A stretch of DNA of 64,000 bases, taken from Octopus sinensis (lineage: Eukaryota). The stretch's first letter is position 1. The number at the start of each line of letters is the position of its first letter. The notes beneath the pieces are model-generated. The model was not told where the DNA came from and did not search any database. It saw only the letters and a program-made list of their open reading frames with translations. Location: NCBI RefSeq assembly GCF_006345805.1, contig NC_043003.1, forward strand, positions 68,758,001 through 68,822,000, in the 5' to 3' direction. A program made the translations under genes and the position numbers. Positions 11,961 to 24,952 of this stretch are shown here, in pieces.

Positions 11961-12369
11961 ATGTGTGAGAACTCTAGTTTTCTCATTTGTTAATATAATT
12001 TCGGCCGCACAATTATACCAGACACCATCTGTCCTCCTGACATTCGAAGTGTGTTTGCTCATACAAAATTTGGCGGTTAGTTTTGCTTTTTTTTCTCTCC
12101 AGGCGAAGACAGTAATATATATAATACAAGCATTGCAATAGGGACTTCAACTTCGTTAAGTTAGCACATTGTATCAAAGTTTAATATTTGCAACTCATTA
12201 ATATTTTTCCTCGGCTTATCACTCCATATTCAAGCATTCCACCCAGATATAGAGTTTAGAAAGTGACTAGAATACTGACTACGATACTAGAAATTATCAC
12301 CCCGAGTGTATTATAAAATAAAAACGGTTCCCAAGCGTATCCTAATCAAGATATATTATACAATTCTTC

Positions 12370-12570
12370 CTAAGTTTGGCACAAGGTCAGTAATTTTAAG
12401 AGGGGTGGGTGAAGTCGATTAGATTGGTTCTTCATTTAGGAGCCTGAAATGGTGGAAGGTAAAAGTGACCTAGCTTCGACAAGATTTGAACGTAGAGCAT
12501 CACGAACTGGAAATAAAGCCGGTAAGTATTTTGCCGACGTGCAAACAATACTCACAGCACGCCGCCTTAA
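12370..12570 (-). mobile_element. Degenerate SINE family B
   Basis: Diverged match to the adjacent family B copy (TTGGCACAAGG..GATTTGAAC..CGCCGCCTT). Confidence 0.6.
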
Positions 12571-12574
12571 CATA

Positions 12575-13375
12575 TATTGGTCTCAAACTCTGACACTATG
12601 ACAGTAATTTCTGGGGAAAGGCTAAACCGATTACATCGTCCCCGGTCCGCAATTGGTACTTATTTTATCGACTGTGAAAGGATAAACAGCAAAGTCGATC
12701 TCGGCGGAATTTGAACTCAGGACGTAGTGACAGACGAAATACTGCTAAGCATTTTGCCCGGTGTGCTAACGATTCTTATTTCTTTATTACGCACAATGGG
12801 CTAAACATAGAGGGTATAAACAAGGACAAATTGATTAAGTCGATTACATCGACCGCAGTGCGTAACTGGTACTTATTTAATCGAACCCGAAAGGTTGAAA
12901 GTCAAGGTGGACCTTGGCGGAATGTGAACTCAGAACGTAATGGCAGACTAAATACCTATTTCTCTACTACCCACAAGGGGCTAAACACAGAGGGGACAAA
13001 CAGGGACAGACAAACGGATTCAGTCGATTACATCGACCCCAGTGCGTAACTGGTACTTAATTTATCGACTCCGAAAGGATGAAAGGCAAAGTCGACCTCG
13101 GCGGAATTTAAATTTAGAACGTAGCGGCAGACTAAATGCCTATTTCTTTACTACCCACAAGGGGCTAAACACAGAGGGGGCAAACAAGGAAAGACAAACG
13201 GATTAAGTCGATTACATCGACACCAGTGCGGAACTGGTACTTATTTAATCGACCCCGAAAGGATGAAAGGCAAAGTCGACCTCGGCGGAATTTGAACTCA
13301 GAACGTAACGGCAGACTAAATACTGCTAAGCATTTCGCCCGGTGCGCTAACGTTTCTGTCAGCTCACCGCCTTCG
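12575..13375 (-). mobile_element. SINE family B (Deu/Nin-like core) with tandem ~183-bp internal units
   Basis: Head GGCGGTGAGCTGACAGAAACGTTAGC; core GTCGACTTTGCCTTTCATCCTTTCGGGGTCGAT-AA-TAAGTACCAG repeated about 4 times. Confidence 0.85.
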
Positions 13376-13781
13376 CCTTAGCATAATACTAAACAACGAT
13401 AGGCTGAATTGTGTTTTCGACATCTTATTTTGTTTAAACACACACTCCTTTAGTCAAATCCTCAACGTAAATACAATTGTTCATTATTGTGTAAAATATG
13501 ACGAATTATAGATTTTATTCTTCTCAGAATAAAACTATGACACTTTAAGTGTAGAAGGAGTAGTAGTATAATCATTGATTTTTCTGTTTTGGTAGAGCAT
13601 GTAGCTTCGTTCTAAACAATTTTTCGTGATGATGGTCAACAAGCCGTTGGGAAAGAAGATGGAGCAGTGTAGTTAGGCGTCGGGGAAGTGGAGAGCTTTC
13701 AGCTACTCACTTATTCGTTCATTTTTACATCATTTTTAAAACATTTTCTTCATTTATGATTTTATGAAAAGAAACTATATG

Positions 13782-13900
13782 TGAAGGCGTGTGGCTTAGT
13801 TGATAAGGGATTACGCTCATAGCCGTTATATCGTGGGATCGATCCCGGATCTAGCGGCGTATTGTCTTCTTGAGCAAAACACTTCATTTCACGTTCTTCT
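13782..13900 (+). mobile_element. SINE family D 5' part
   Basis: TGAAGGCGTGTGGCTTAGTTG head; CTTGAGCAAAACACTT core. Confidence 0.7.
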
Positions 13901-14112
13901 ACTGATGCATGGAAAGCGGCTAATCAAAGACCTGCGTGCCTTGTCGCCTAAGATTTGTGCTCTGACCTTGTAAATCTCTCAACAACAACGAGTACCCAAA
14001 CAGACCTGAGTGATGTAAAGGTGTCATCCGCAAGGAGTAAGGAATCACCCAAAAATGGTGGATGTAAAGACTTGCTGTTACAGCAAATCACCCGCCCTAC
14101 CCTATACTCCTG

Positions 14113-15527
14113 TTAATATCTGGTTGGCCCTTCTTTAGCTTCAATTACCGCTTTTATACGGTTAGGCATTGAATCAGCTAGTTTCTTGCAGGTGTTAGGC
14201 ACAGTTTTACTCCATTTTCTTCTCAACATTTGGTACAAATGCTCTTTATTTTTAATTGTTATGTTCCTGATAGCTTCACCAAGAGTTCCCTATAGGTGTT
14301 CGATCGGATTTAGATCGGGGCTTTGAACTGGCCAGTCCTCGGGAACAATATCCTGGATCTCAAACCATCGACGATTATTCTTTGCTGTATGACATGGAGT
14401 GTTGTCCCGTTGAACGATCACACTGTTTTTCGACACTCCAGGATGCAATTTAGCAATTGATGGCTCTAACACATCCGGTAACATAGGAACATACGAAGCT
14501 GAATTCATCCTCCCTGACATAAAAACAATTCTTCGGTTCCTGTGGCAGACATACAGGATGATACTATGATAGAACCACCCCTATGCTTTACGATTCGTAT
14601 CAGACTTTCAGCCTTAAATGTTTCCCCAACTCTGCGACGCACAAAAGTTGCCCCAGATGTACTGAAAACCTGGGTAAAAACAGGAAAAATAATATTAGCA
14701 TTATGTTGGATATTTTTGTATATATTTTGGCCAACAAACCAATTGCATTAAGTTTATATATTGATTGAATACATGTACTATCTTATCTCATAGTTACGTT
14801 CATCAGACCATATGACTTTCGACCATTGCTCACTGGTCCAATTTGAGTGATTTTTGGCCCACTGAAGACGCTTTTCCAAATTCACTTTCGGACCGTACTC
14901 TACAACCCTTCTTCTAATAGTACTGGTTGATATTTGTGAATTATTTGCCTCGTTGAGGTCCGCAGAGAGCTCCGACGATGTTTTTCTCCTGTTTCTGAGC
15001 GGATGATGGATGATGGATCTGTCATGATCTGTCATGACGATGTGATGTAACCTTTTTTCTAACTGTTCTTTGTATTGTCTTCAGATCTTTTGTTTCTCCC
15101 AAGTGTTTGAGAGGCGTTTGCATCGCACATCGAGAAAATTTCTTTTTCTCAGCAATTTGCCTTTCAGACATTCCATCTTCGTGATGAGATACAATTTGAC
15201 CTCACTCACACACACTCAACTCCTTTGTTTTAGATATTTTAGATATTTTAATGTTTATTAACGGAATCAACACCGTATTTTAGCATAAAACTCTGAAATA
15301 ATCAAGGAAACAAAAGTAGGTTTCGACGTTGATCTTACTCATAATTGGTTGCATATATACAGTACAGTAAAAAAGCGGTAATTAATGTTAAAAGAGGGTC
15401 GACCAGATATTAAAACTAATGTATATTGTGAAATATACCATAATCTACGATGTGCTCAAGTTTCATTAACATTGAGGTAGCAGAACTCCCAAATATTGGG
15501 GTGGCCTAATACGTTTGGCCAAGGCTA
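14113..15527 (-). mobile_element. Tc1-family (DD34E) transposon with a decayed, intron-containing transposase
   Basis: RLQWAKNHSNWTSEQWSKVIWSDE; VKHRGGS; QRDN-(34 aa)-E ending SPDLNPIEH; terminus at 15527 followed by TA. Confidence 0.9.
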
Positions 15528-15724
15528 TATATATATAATCCACTTATATATGATACATATATATAGCTATCATATATATATATAGGTAACAGTTAGTAGA
15601 GTTTAATGCCTCTAACGGAAAACTGAATCCAAAAGTCACTTCTGGTTATTACCTGGGTAGGTACAGTTTTATGTAAAGTTGTACGGTAGCAGGTGGTCCT
15701 GTTGGTTTCTCCTACATACATACA

Positions 15725-15763
<39 letters not shown>

Positions 15764-15792
15764 CATATATAATATATACATATATATACATA

Positions 15793-16126
15793 TTGATTGA
15801 TTGATTGATTGATTTTTAGTTTCAGCTCATGAGCTGTGGCCATGCTGGGGCACCGCCATTTGGTGTTGCTACATGGTTTTACTTCATTTGGTGCATGAGA
15901 GAGTTCGATGCAGCCGCCCTCATCTGCACCTCCTGCCGTGAAGTTGGTTCATCTGGGACACCTGACAGGAAGAGATCCAGTTTCATTTTAAAGACATCTG
16001 CATCCACCCCATGCAGGTCTCTCAGGTTCTTCGGGAGGATATTGAAGAGCTGTGGGCCTCGGAAGCCCAGGCTATCACAGTATCTTGTCCTACATCTTGA
16101 TGGCAAATTTGGAGTCCTAGGCACAT
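15793..16126 (-). mobile_element. 5'-truncated non-LTR retrotransposon (CR1/L2 group) 3' end with (TCAA)n tail
   Basis: GPQLFNILPKNLRDLHGVDADVFKMKLDLFLSGVPDEPT..RAAASNSL; paralogue of 11316-11625; inserted in (TA)n. Confidence 0.85.
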
Positions 16127-16157
16127 TATATATATATATACATATATATATATGTAT

Positions 16158-16431
16158 CACGTGATCACGTGACCGACCAGACCATCAGATGTTGTTACAC
16201 ATCGCTGGACATAATTCGTTCGCATTGTTTTAGCCTTCGAATGACGCCACCCCGCTGAAAGAGTGAGAGAAAGAGTGGTGAAAGAGTACAGCAGGGATCA
16301 CCCTCCCTGCCGGAGCATCGTGGAGCTTTTAGGTGTTTTCGCTCAATAAACACTCACGACGCCCGGTCTAGGAATCGAAACCGCGATCCTGCGACTGCGA
16401 GTCCGCTGCCCTAACCACTAGGCCATTGCGC

Positions 16432-16437
<6 letters not shown>
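16158..16437 (-). mobile_element. SINE family C (tRNA-derived)
   Basis: Minus head GGCGCAATGGCCTAGTGGTTAGGGCAGCGGACTCGCAGTCGCAGGATCGCGGTTTCGATTCC with A/B boxes; CACGTGAT-type tail. Confidence 0.85.
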
Positions 16438-16513
<76 letters not shown>

Positions 16514-16606
16514 CATATATATACATATATATACATATATATATACATATATATATATATACATGTATATATATATATACATACATATATATATAATATA
16601 GATATA

Positions 16607-16656
<50 letters not shown>

Positions 16657-16663
16657 TATATAT

Positions 16664-16705
<42 letters not shown>

Positions 16706-16810
16706 GTATATAGATATATGTGCGTGTATGTATGTATTTGTGAATGTATGTATACATGTATGCATATATGTATACATGTATGTATGCATGCATGCTTGCA
16801 TGTATGTATG
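16437..16810. repeat. (CA)n/(TA)n/(TATG)n compound microsatellite
   Basis: Direct reading. Confidence 0.95.
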
Positions 16811-18039
16811 TGTAGACTAATCGATAATGTTGATGATCATACTGAGGACGACCTGAAGCTTGACGATATGATGGTGTTGACGATGACCACGACGACGATG
16901 ATAATGATGAAGGCGATGATGCTGAAGACAGCCACGGTGATGATCTCGATGAAGATGATGAAGGAAACGAGTTGGAGATGGATAATTTATCAATCATCAA
17001 TTTAATGATCACAACATTAAATATTTTAACAGTAGCTTCACCGTTTGTCTCTGTGCAGATGTCATCTGTGAATAATTTATGATCTAAAGAATTGTAATTT
17101 TCCTGTACCTACATTTTTACTTTATTAACCTTCGATTTATTGGTTCTTTCCTCACTACATTGATATTTACGGTCATGTTTATGTTTTGTTGTGGTCTAAT
17201 AAAACGGAAAAATGTCTGCGGTTCCGTTTCTGTTAAAATAATTGTTAAAATAATAGTTAAAATAATACTAAACATTGAATAAATTGTCTGTTCCTCAGCG
17301 CATAACTATTTCTTAACGTTTTAATGCAAAATGTTTTAAATACGTCTAACCTGAGTGGCACATTAATGCAGAAAGGTGATTGGCAGAAAATCTGCGTGAT
17401 TCCGTGGTTTATGTAACCCCACTATCCCACTGTGTGTGCATGTATGTACCAGCATATCTCCGTAATTGTGTTGGCGTGTGTGTGAGAGCGTGGGATGTTT
17501 GTGGGGGTATTTATATTAAACAAGGACCCACTACCAGGAAACTTTAAATGAAATATCCCCCTAGGTTCCCGACTCTCAATTTCCAATTGGCCGAACGACC
17601 TGCATTGAACTAGTGATCGGTTCGTTGGAAAGTATTTGCCAAGGACGCTATCGTTCACAAAATTGTGATATAAAATTAAAAAGTAATAATAAATAAACTT
17701 TAAATAACTGCAGATGACACTGTGTTGGCAATTTGCAGCTTTCCGAATTTTCCGTTCTAAAAAAAAATATGAAAAAAATTAAGAAATTAACAAAATTCAT
17801 AGCAATATAAAAATGAATAGCATAATGAATTGACATCTCTTAATTAAACTTCAGAATAATTTACTGGCTGTCAGAATAGTTATGGAGATTTCTATAAAAA
17901 GTATGTTCCATTTATTTTGCCAACTCGTCTCGCTAAATTTGACCTTGGGAGTATGACAATCTATAAGGAAAGGTTTCTTTTACAGAAAACTAGGTTATTT
18001 GTATATTATATTCATCCTGATTTAAATATCTAAAGTACT

Positions 18040-18622
<583 letters not shown>

Positions 18623-18961
18623 TGCTACAGCTGTAATCAGAAGCAAGGACTCTGTCAAGTAATGTGCTTGCTGCCTTTTTCAGTCAAATGTAATTTGGGT
18701 TGGGTTCAGATTTTCGACGGTTAGAAAGAAGAGGTTAATTCAATAGCAATTATGTTTATTTAATGTTCTTATTTTCCAATAAGAAAGAGACTTCAGTGTT
18801 TGTCACTCACTGCCATTTTCTAACACCACGCTGCCGGATGTTCTGTTCAATTTATATGCCAAATGATGACAACATTCAAGGAGCTAATAAAATGTAATAT
18901 ATGTTTTATTGTATTTTATTAAGAAAGATTTGTTTTTTCCATTCGAAAATGGTTACAGATA

Positions 18962-20183
18962 TTGGGTTGTCCGGAAAGGTCGTGCCGATATTTAAAGGAA
19001 AGAAAAAGGTCAATCAATACTTGTCATTACATATTCAATCAACCAAATATGAACCATTTTGTTACACAATGCGTCTCCATCTTTCCTTTAACTTGCAAAT
19101 ACCTTCTTCCCAGAATTAAGGTGGTTTCATGGCAGGGAATTCATCAAGGTATCGTTTTATGTCATCCAAGGAACTGAAATTTTTACAATTAAAACTATTC
19201 TGCAGAGACCTGAATAAGTGGAAATCCGAAGGAGCAATATTTGGTGAATATGGAGATGGGTTTACACATCACAGCCGAACTTCAGCAATTTTTGTCTGTT
19301 TCCCAAAGAAACATGCGGTATTGCATTAACATGTTGGAAACAACAACCTTCCTGTTAGCCAGTTCTGGACGTTTCTCTTGAATTACTACTTTTAACTAGT
19401 CCAGTTGTGTGTAGAATTTCTCAGAATGAATTGTCTGGTTACTTGGGAGAAGCTCATAATACGGAATTCCTTTCCAATCTCACCAGACACAAAGCAAGAC
19501 TTTGTTAGGATGATGACCCACTTTTGGGGTGGCCAAGGGTGCCTCATGTCGCTTACTCCAGGATCGCATTCACTGAACATCTCAGCAGATAATCCATTTC
19601 TCATAACCTGACACAATTTGCTTTAAAAAAAGGCGCGTTTTCATTCCGTTTATAAAGCGAATCACAGATGGAAATGCGATCCAAAAGGTTTTTCTCACTC
19701 AACTCATGTGGTACCCAAACATCGTAGCGATTTGTGTACCCAAGCTTTACCAGGTCCTCATAAACGATGGATTTTGATAGGTTAAGGCTTTCTGCCTCAA
19801 TGTGTGTTATTCTTAATTAATGACTTGATTTGGTCATCATCTGTAGTGGATGGTCTGCCTGATCGCTCTTTATCAATAAGCTACAATCTCCAGCTAGGAA
19901 CCTTGCGAACCACTTCCGTACACTTATTTCGGATAAAGAAACATCATCGTGAACTGCGCATATTTCTTTGGTTGCTTGTGAGGAAAGCCTCAAGTGCCAA
20001 AAATGAACTTTCTTATCTTCCATTTTAAATGGTTACAGAATTAACACAGGTTATAGGAAGATAGCTTAAGCTGTGCTCTAAATGGAGGTGTAGTCAAATC
20101 CTATTTTATAGACTCAACCATGTTCTAAAATAAGTCGAAGTGTAAGCTACTATAAATCGGCACGAACTTTCCGGACAACCCAA
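18962..20183 (-). mobile_element. Near full-length mariner transposon, decayed transposase
   Basis: TIRs TTGGGTTGTCCGGAAAG(G/T)TCGTGCCGAT at both ends with TA TSD; MEDKKVHF start, WVPHELSE and PYSPNIAPSDFHLF motifs; 1222 bp. Confidence 0.95.
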
Positions 20184-21013
20184 TATATTTGAAGATACAA
20201 AAGCTGTTCAAGAAACTGGATTCTAAGATAGAAAATAAACACTACCTCTTCATTAATAAAATACATTTGATATGTCGAGGTTATTCCAAACTGGTGGACA
20301 ATTGCTTTCAATTTAAACCGATATCGAAAGTTATATTTCGCTTAATTAACAAACTTTGCGCCAGTGTCTAAACGTGTGAAAAGTGGTCTTAGTGTATAAA
20401 AGAAACCGACCTTAACGCTTCTAACTCATACAAAAGAATCCTCACAGACGGAAAATTGATCGTTTCTGTCACGTGCGTTAGATTCATTTACAAACCACCA
20501 ATCATTATCACAACAGAGAAAAGTCATCTTGAATCATCACTTCGGAATAAACTTTCCAATGCAACGCCGTTCACTCGTACTTTTGATGAATTTTGCTATG
20601 CATGATCGAAACCTCATTTACGATGCTAAATCTATAAAGCAGTCATTGTTCTCCAAAAGGATTTATTTTTCTCTCAGACGACCTAATAGTTATTTTTCAG
20701 GTTTCGTAGTGTTTGGACACATAAATATACTGCAGGGGATTGTAAATTGTTCTTTTTCGTTGTTTCGTTTCATGACAGACATTTGTGTTTCTAACACGTT
20801 TCTATGAAATGCATCGATCTATTATTTGGAATATAACTTCAACTAATTACGTGAATGATTAGACACGATGGATTATTATAGATAGTAATGTGTATAAACT
20901 AACGTCGGTTATTTTGTATGATGAAGATAATAATGAGAAATGTGGACAAGACCTAGTAATTATCATGCTATTGACTGACCAAATAAAATTTTGCTCCATT
21001 TAAACAAGAGGTA

Positions 21014-21549
21014 AGGCGGAGAGCTGGCAGAAACGTTAGCACGCCTGCGAAATGCTTAGCGGTATTTCGTCTGCCGTTACGTTCTGAGTTTAAATTCCGC
21101 GGAGGTCGACTTTGCCTTTCATCCTTTCGGGGTCGATAAATTAAGTATCAGTTACGCACTGGAGTCTATTAAATAAGTACCAGTTACGCACTGGGGTCGA
21201 TATAATCGACTTAATCCGTTTGTCTGTCCTTGTTTGTCCAATCTGTGTTTAGCCCCTTGTGAGTAGTAAAGAAATAGAAATAGGTATTTCGTCTGCCGCT
21301 ACGTTCTGAGTTCAAATTCTGCCGAGGTCGACTTTGCCTTTCATCCTTTCGGGGTCGTTTAAATAAGTACCAGTTATGCACTGGGGTCGATTAAATAAGT
21401 ACCAGTTACGCACTGGGGTCGATATAATCGACTTAATCCATTTGTCTGTCCTTGTTTGTTCCATCTGTGTTTAGCCACTTGTGGGTAGTAAAGAAATAGG
21501 TATTTCATCTGCCGCTACGTTCTGGGTACAAATTCTGCCGAGGTCGACC
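21014..21549 (+). mobile_element. SINE family B with tandem internal units
   Basis: GGCGGAGAGCTGGCAGAAACGTTAGC head; about 2.3 core+tail units. Confidence 0.9.
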
Positions 21550-21629
21550 ATATTAAGGTATCTTATGAACAAATACTTTTCGCTCCTTAATACTATTTAC
21601 TTTTTTTTCAGATACACTATCAGTTATCT

Positions 21630-22030
21630 TTTATCACTTACTTATTTCAGTCATTAAACTGCGGCCATGCGGGGGCACATTTTTGAAGAATTTTGGTCGA
21701 ACAAACTGCCCCCAGTATTTATTTCCCTAAAGTCTGATACTTATCCTATCGAAATCTTTTGCTGAACTGCTAAGTTACGGGGACGTAAATACATCAATGC
21801 CGGTTGTCAAGCGGTGATGGAGGGTAAACATAGACACAAGAACACACATACTCATATGTATATACGGCAAGCTCCATTCAGTTTTCGTCTGCCAAATCTC
21901 CAAATCCACACAGAAGCTTTTGGTCGATCCGAAGCTATAGCAGAACACACTTACCTAAGGTGCCACGCTAAACCTAGAAGCTTGTGGTAGGGGAAAAAAA
22001 TTTCTTACCACCCAGCCACGGTTGCACCTG
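21630..22030 (-). mobile_element. SINE family A (diverged)
   Basis: TTTCAGTCATTAAACTGCGGCCATGC tail and CTAAGTTACGGGGACGTAAA body. Confidence 0.85.
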
Positions 22031-22699
22031 CAATATGTCCCGCTTTTCTAATGCAGAAGGTTGTGGTTCAGAGAAGATTTCGATGCTCTTTGTAACATGT
22101 CGACCAACAGCACACACGCATATATTTTTTGTTTCCGTTTTTGTTTTTGCTTTTCCTTTTTTGTTCACGTCACTTAATTCCAAAGCGTGTTAGCTTGTCT
22201 AGCCTATTTATTAGAAACATAAGTACCAGATTTTCTTGGATGAGATATCTGCCATAGTCAAGTGCTTTCACCAGAGAATAGTCATTCGCCTGTCACTCAA
22301 ATGACACTACTAATAAATTTAATTATTGGCAGTATTTAATTTAGATGTAAAAAATAAATTACTGTCACCTGAAGAAAATGAAACGTGCCAAGTTAATTTT
22401 TAATAATATGCTATTAAAAATAACTAATTATCTGAATCTGTTAACAGCGAGTTATAATTGCCATAAAATTATTAGGAGTTGTATAGATTATAACTCATAC
22501 GCATTGCAACCTACCATGATACAGGCATGGATGTGTGGTTTGGATTTTTGGGTTTCAACTTCTTAATTCTAGATTCAATCTAATTATCTGGCACCTTGGG
22601 CATGTGTAGCACTCTAGCACTGATATGTCCAATTATAAATAATTATTTATGATTGAAATTTATTACAAATATTTGCAAATCCGACAGTTATATACACCG

Positions 22700-23574
22700 C
22701 TGATATATTTCCAACATTTCACCATAGGTAATAAGAATATTAACTCTAGCGTTGATAGTAAAGGTAATGGTAGCTTGTAGGCTAGCAATTAATGATGGGT
22801 TTAAGCGAAGATCACATTAGTTTTAGATATCATAAAGATAATTTCGTTCAATAAATCCGGGGGAAATTGAGGTAGGTTGGGTTAGTTAAACTATTTAAGA
22901 TTCACATGCCCATTTCTCTCTCGATAGGAAATGTTCTCTATTTTACGATAATTCGTTTGGAATTAAATATTGCATCCTGGAATAGTTTACACAGCTATGG
23001 AATCATAAAGTGGAGTTGATACTTATGGGATTATATATTTTAAAGTTATGGGAGAAAAGTTCAGTCTCTACCATGATGAGATACGTATCTGTTAGATACG
23101 TACACATAACGAGCAGTGCTAGCAGTTGATAAATATATTCCAAGAGTTATATGTAGAGATTACAATAGACAAAGTCTAATTATAATAAATGTCTTAGCTA
23201 TATCAACAGATTTAGGTCATGATAAGTGCCGTTTTCATGTAGAACACAGACTCTGCAATATTAACAAACATTTTCTCTGTTACTCAATAATTTGTAAATA
23301 TTCAATAACGTTGGTAAGCACATATGCAGAATATCTCCTAATGAAGAATGCTTTAACCATACTTCTCATTTTTACAATTTTATTTTACTAACCTCAACCT
23401 AACTCAATTTCCTGTGGATTTTTTGAACGAAAATATCTTTATGATATTTAAAACTAATATGATCTTCGCATAAACCCATCATTAATTGCTAGCCTGCAAG
23501 CTACCATTTCCTTTACAATCAGCGATAGAGTTCATGTTCTTATTAGCTATGGTGAAATGTTGGAAATATATCAG
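22700..23574. repeat. ~190-bp imperfect inverted repeat (22700-22890 / 23383-23574)
   Basis: CTGATATATTTCCAACATTTCACCATAG... versus ...CTATGGTGAAATGTTGGAAATATATCAG. Confidence 0.85.
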
Positions 23575-24952
23575 TCTCAAGGAGTGCTTGGAGACACAGA
23601 CACTAGGCATGATTGATAAGTCTGCCGAATTATGGTTGGAACTAAACTGTTAGCTGCTCACATTTAAATACCACGCATACTAAATGATATTATATGTATA
23701 ATCCGTCATAAAATAAGACGCCGTACCACTTCAGAATTCGGATATGTCTAGGAAATAAATGATGATTTTATTATAATATTAACAACTATAAAATCAGCTG
23801 GTCCATTATTTTGTTGAAGACGCTGATAACTACATTGAAAAAGCCCAGTGGGTGTGATCTCTTGTGGCCGGAAAAGTAAAATATTCTGTAATTTTGAATA
23901 AAATTTCGGATTTGGAATCCTGCAGATAATTCCATTGCGATTTATTGAGGATTTTCTATGAATTAACTTAACTAACTTACTTCCTACTTAATATAATTTT
24001 ATTATACTGAAACCAAAACAAATACAGTCGTTAATTCATGGACACTGAAACTGCGTAACCTTAAGCCGCCTCATTTGCCTACGTGCATTCTGTAGATATG
24101 TTAGCAATTACATAGAAATATTTTACTTTCGCGTATATATAATCATATAGTTAATTACCCACTTTCTCCCACCCCATCATACTCAGTATTCCTAAAGGAA
24201 AATTTACTGTTATGTTGCTGAACAAGAATTTTCGTGAACCAAGGGCATTCTGCCATTTTGAAACAAATCAAATGAGCCGAGTCAAAACTCTGCAAATCAT
24301 GTGGTACTGGAATAACAAGCGCTCACCTACAAGTAAAGAGGCCAAACCTGGCCTTTTTTAGCGAGTGCATGTCAGACTTTTTCAAACTTATGAGTGGATT
24401 TGTGTGAAGTAGTTTGATGTAGATGAACCAATAGATCCTGGAGACAAGGATCTCGAAATTCACGGTTCTTTGTATTTAAAATTGGTGAAACATACCTGGA
24501 AAAATATCCTTCAATCGAGGAAAGGTGCTTGTTGAAGATCAAAGGCTCTCAGAAAAGATCGATGGTTGCAGAGAAAGTGTGATACAATGTCAGTCACTAA
24601 TGTAAATATACGGAAATAGTTGTTTGTTCATGGATCTTTGACATCGCAATGTGCGAGCGGTAGCTATAGAACTGTAGAGACAACCCTGTAATTTCGTGAA
24701 TAAATCGAACCTCTAGTGATGAGATTTGTTCAGATCAGTTGACTGCGTACGATAAAACTGACGAAAGAAATGGTTTTGACTCTGTTGGTATTGCAGTTTC
24801 TGAGTTCTAGTTAAAAACGGCATTTATCATGACCTAAATCTATAGATATAGCTAAGACATTTATTATAATTAAACTTTGTCTGTTGTAATCTCTAAATAT
24901 AACTCTTGAAATATAATTATCAACTGCTAGCAGTGCTCGATATATGTACGTA
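23097..24952. repeat. ~170-bp imperfect inverted repeat (23097-23268 / 24783-24952)
   Basis: Direct comparison; near-identical peptides in ORFs 23116+ and 24811-. Confidence 0.85.

Noticed and set aside
12711-13375. CRISPR-like array
   Set aside because: Whole units repeat with no unique spacers; eukaryotic SINE tandem
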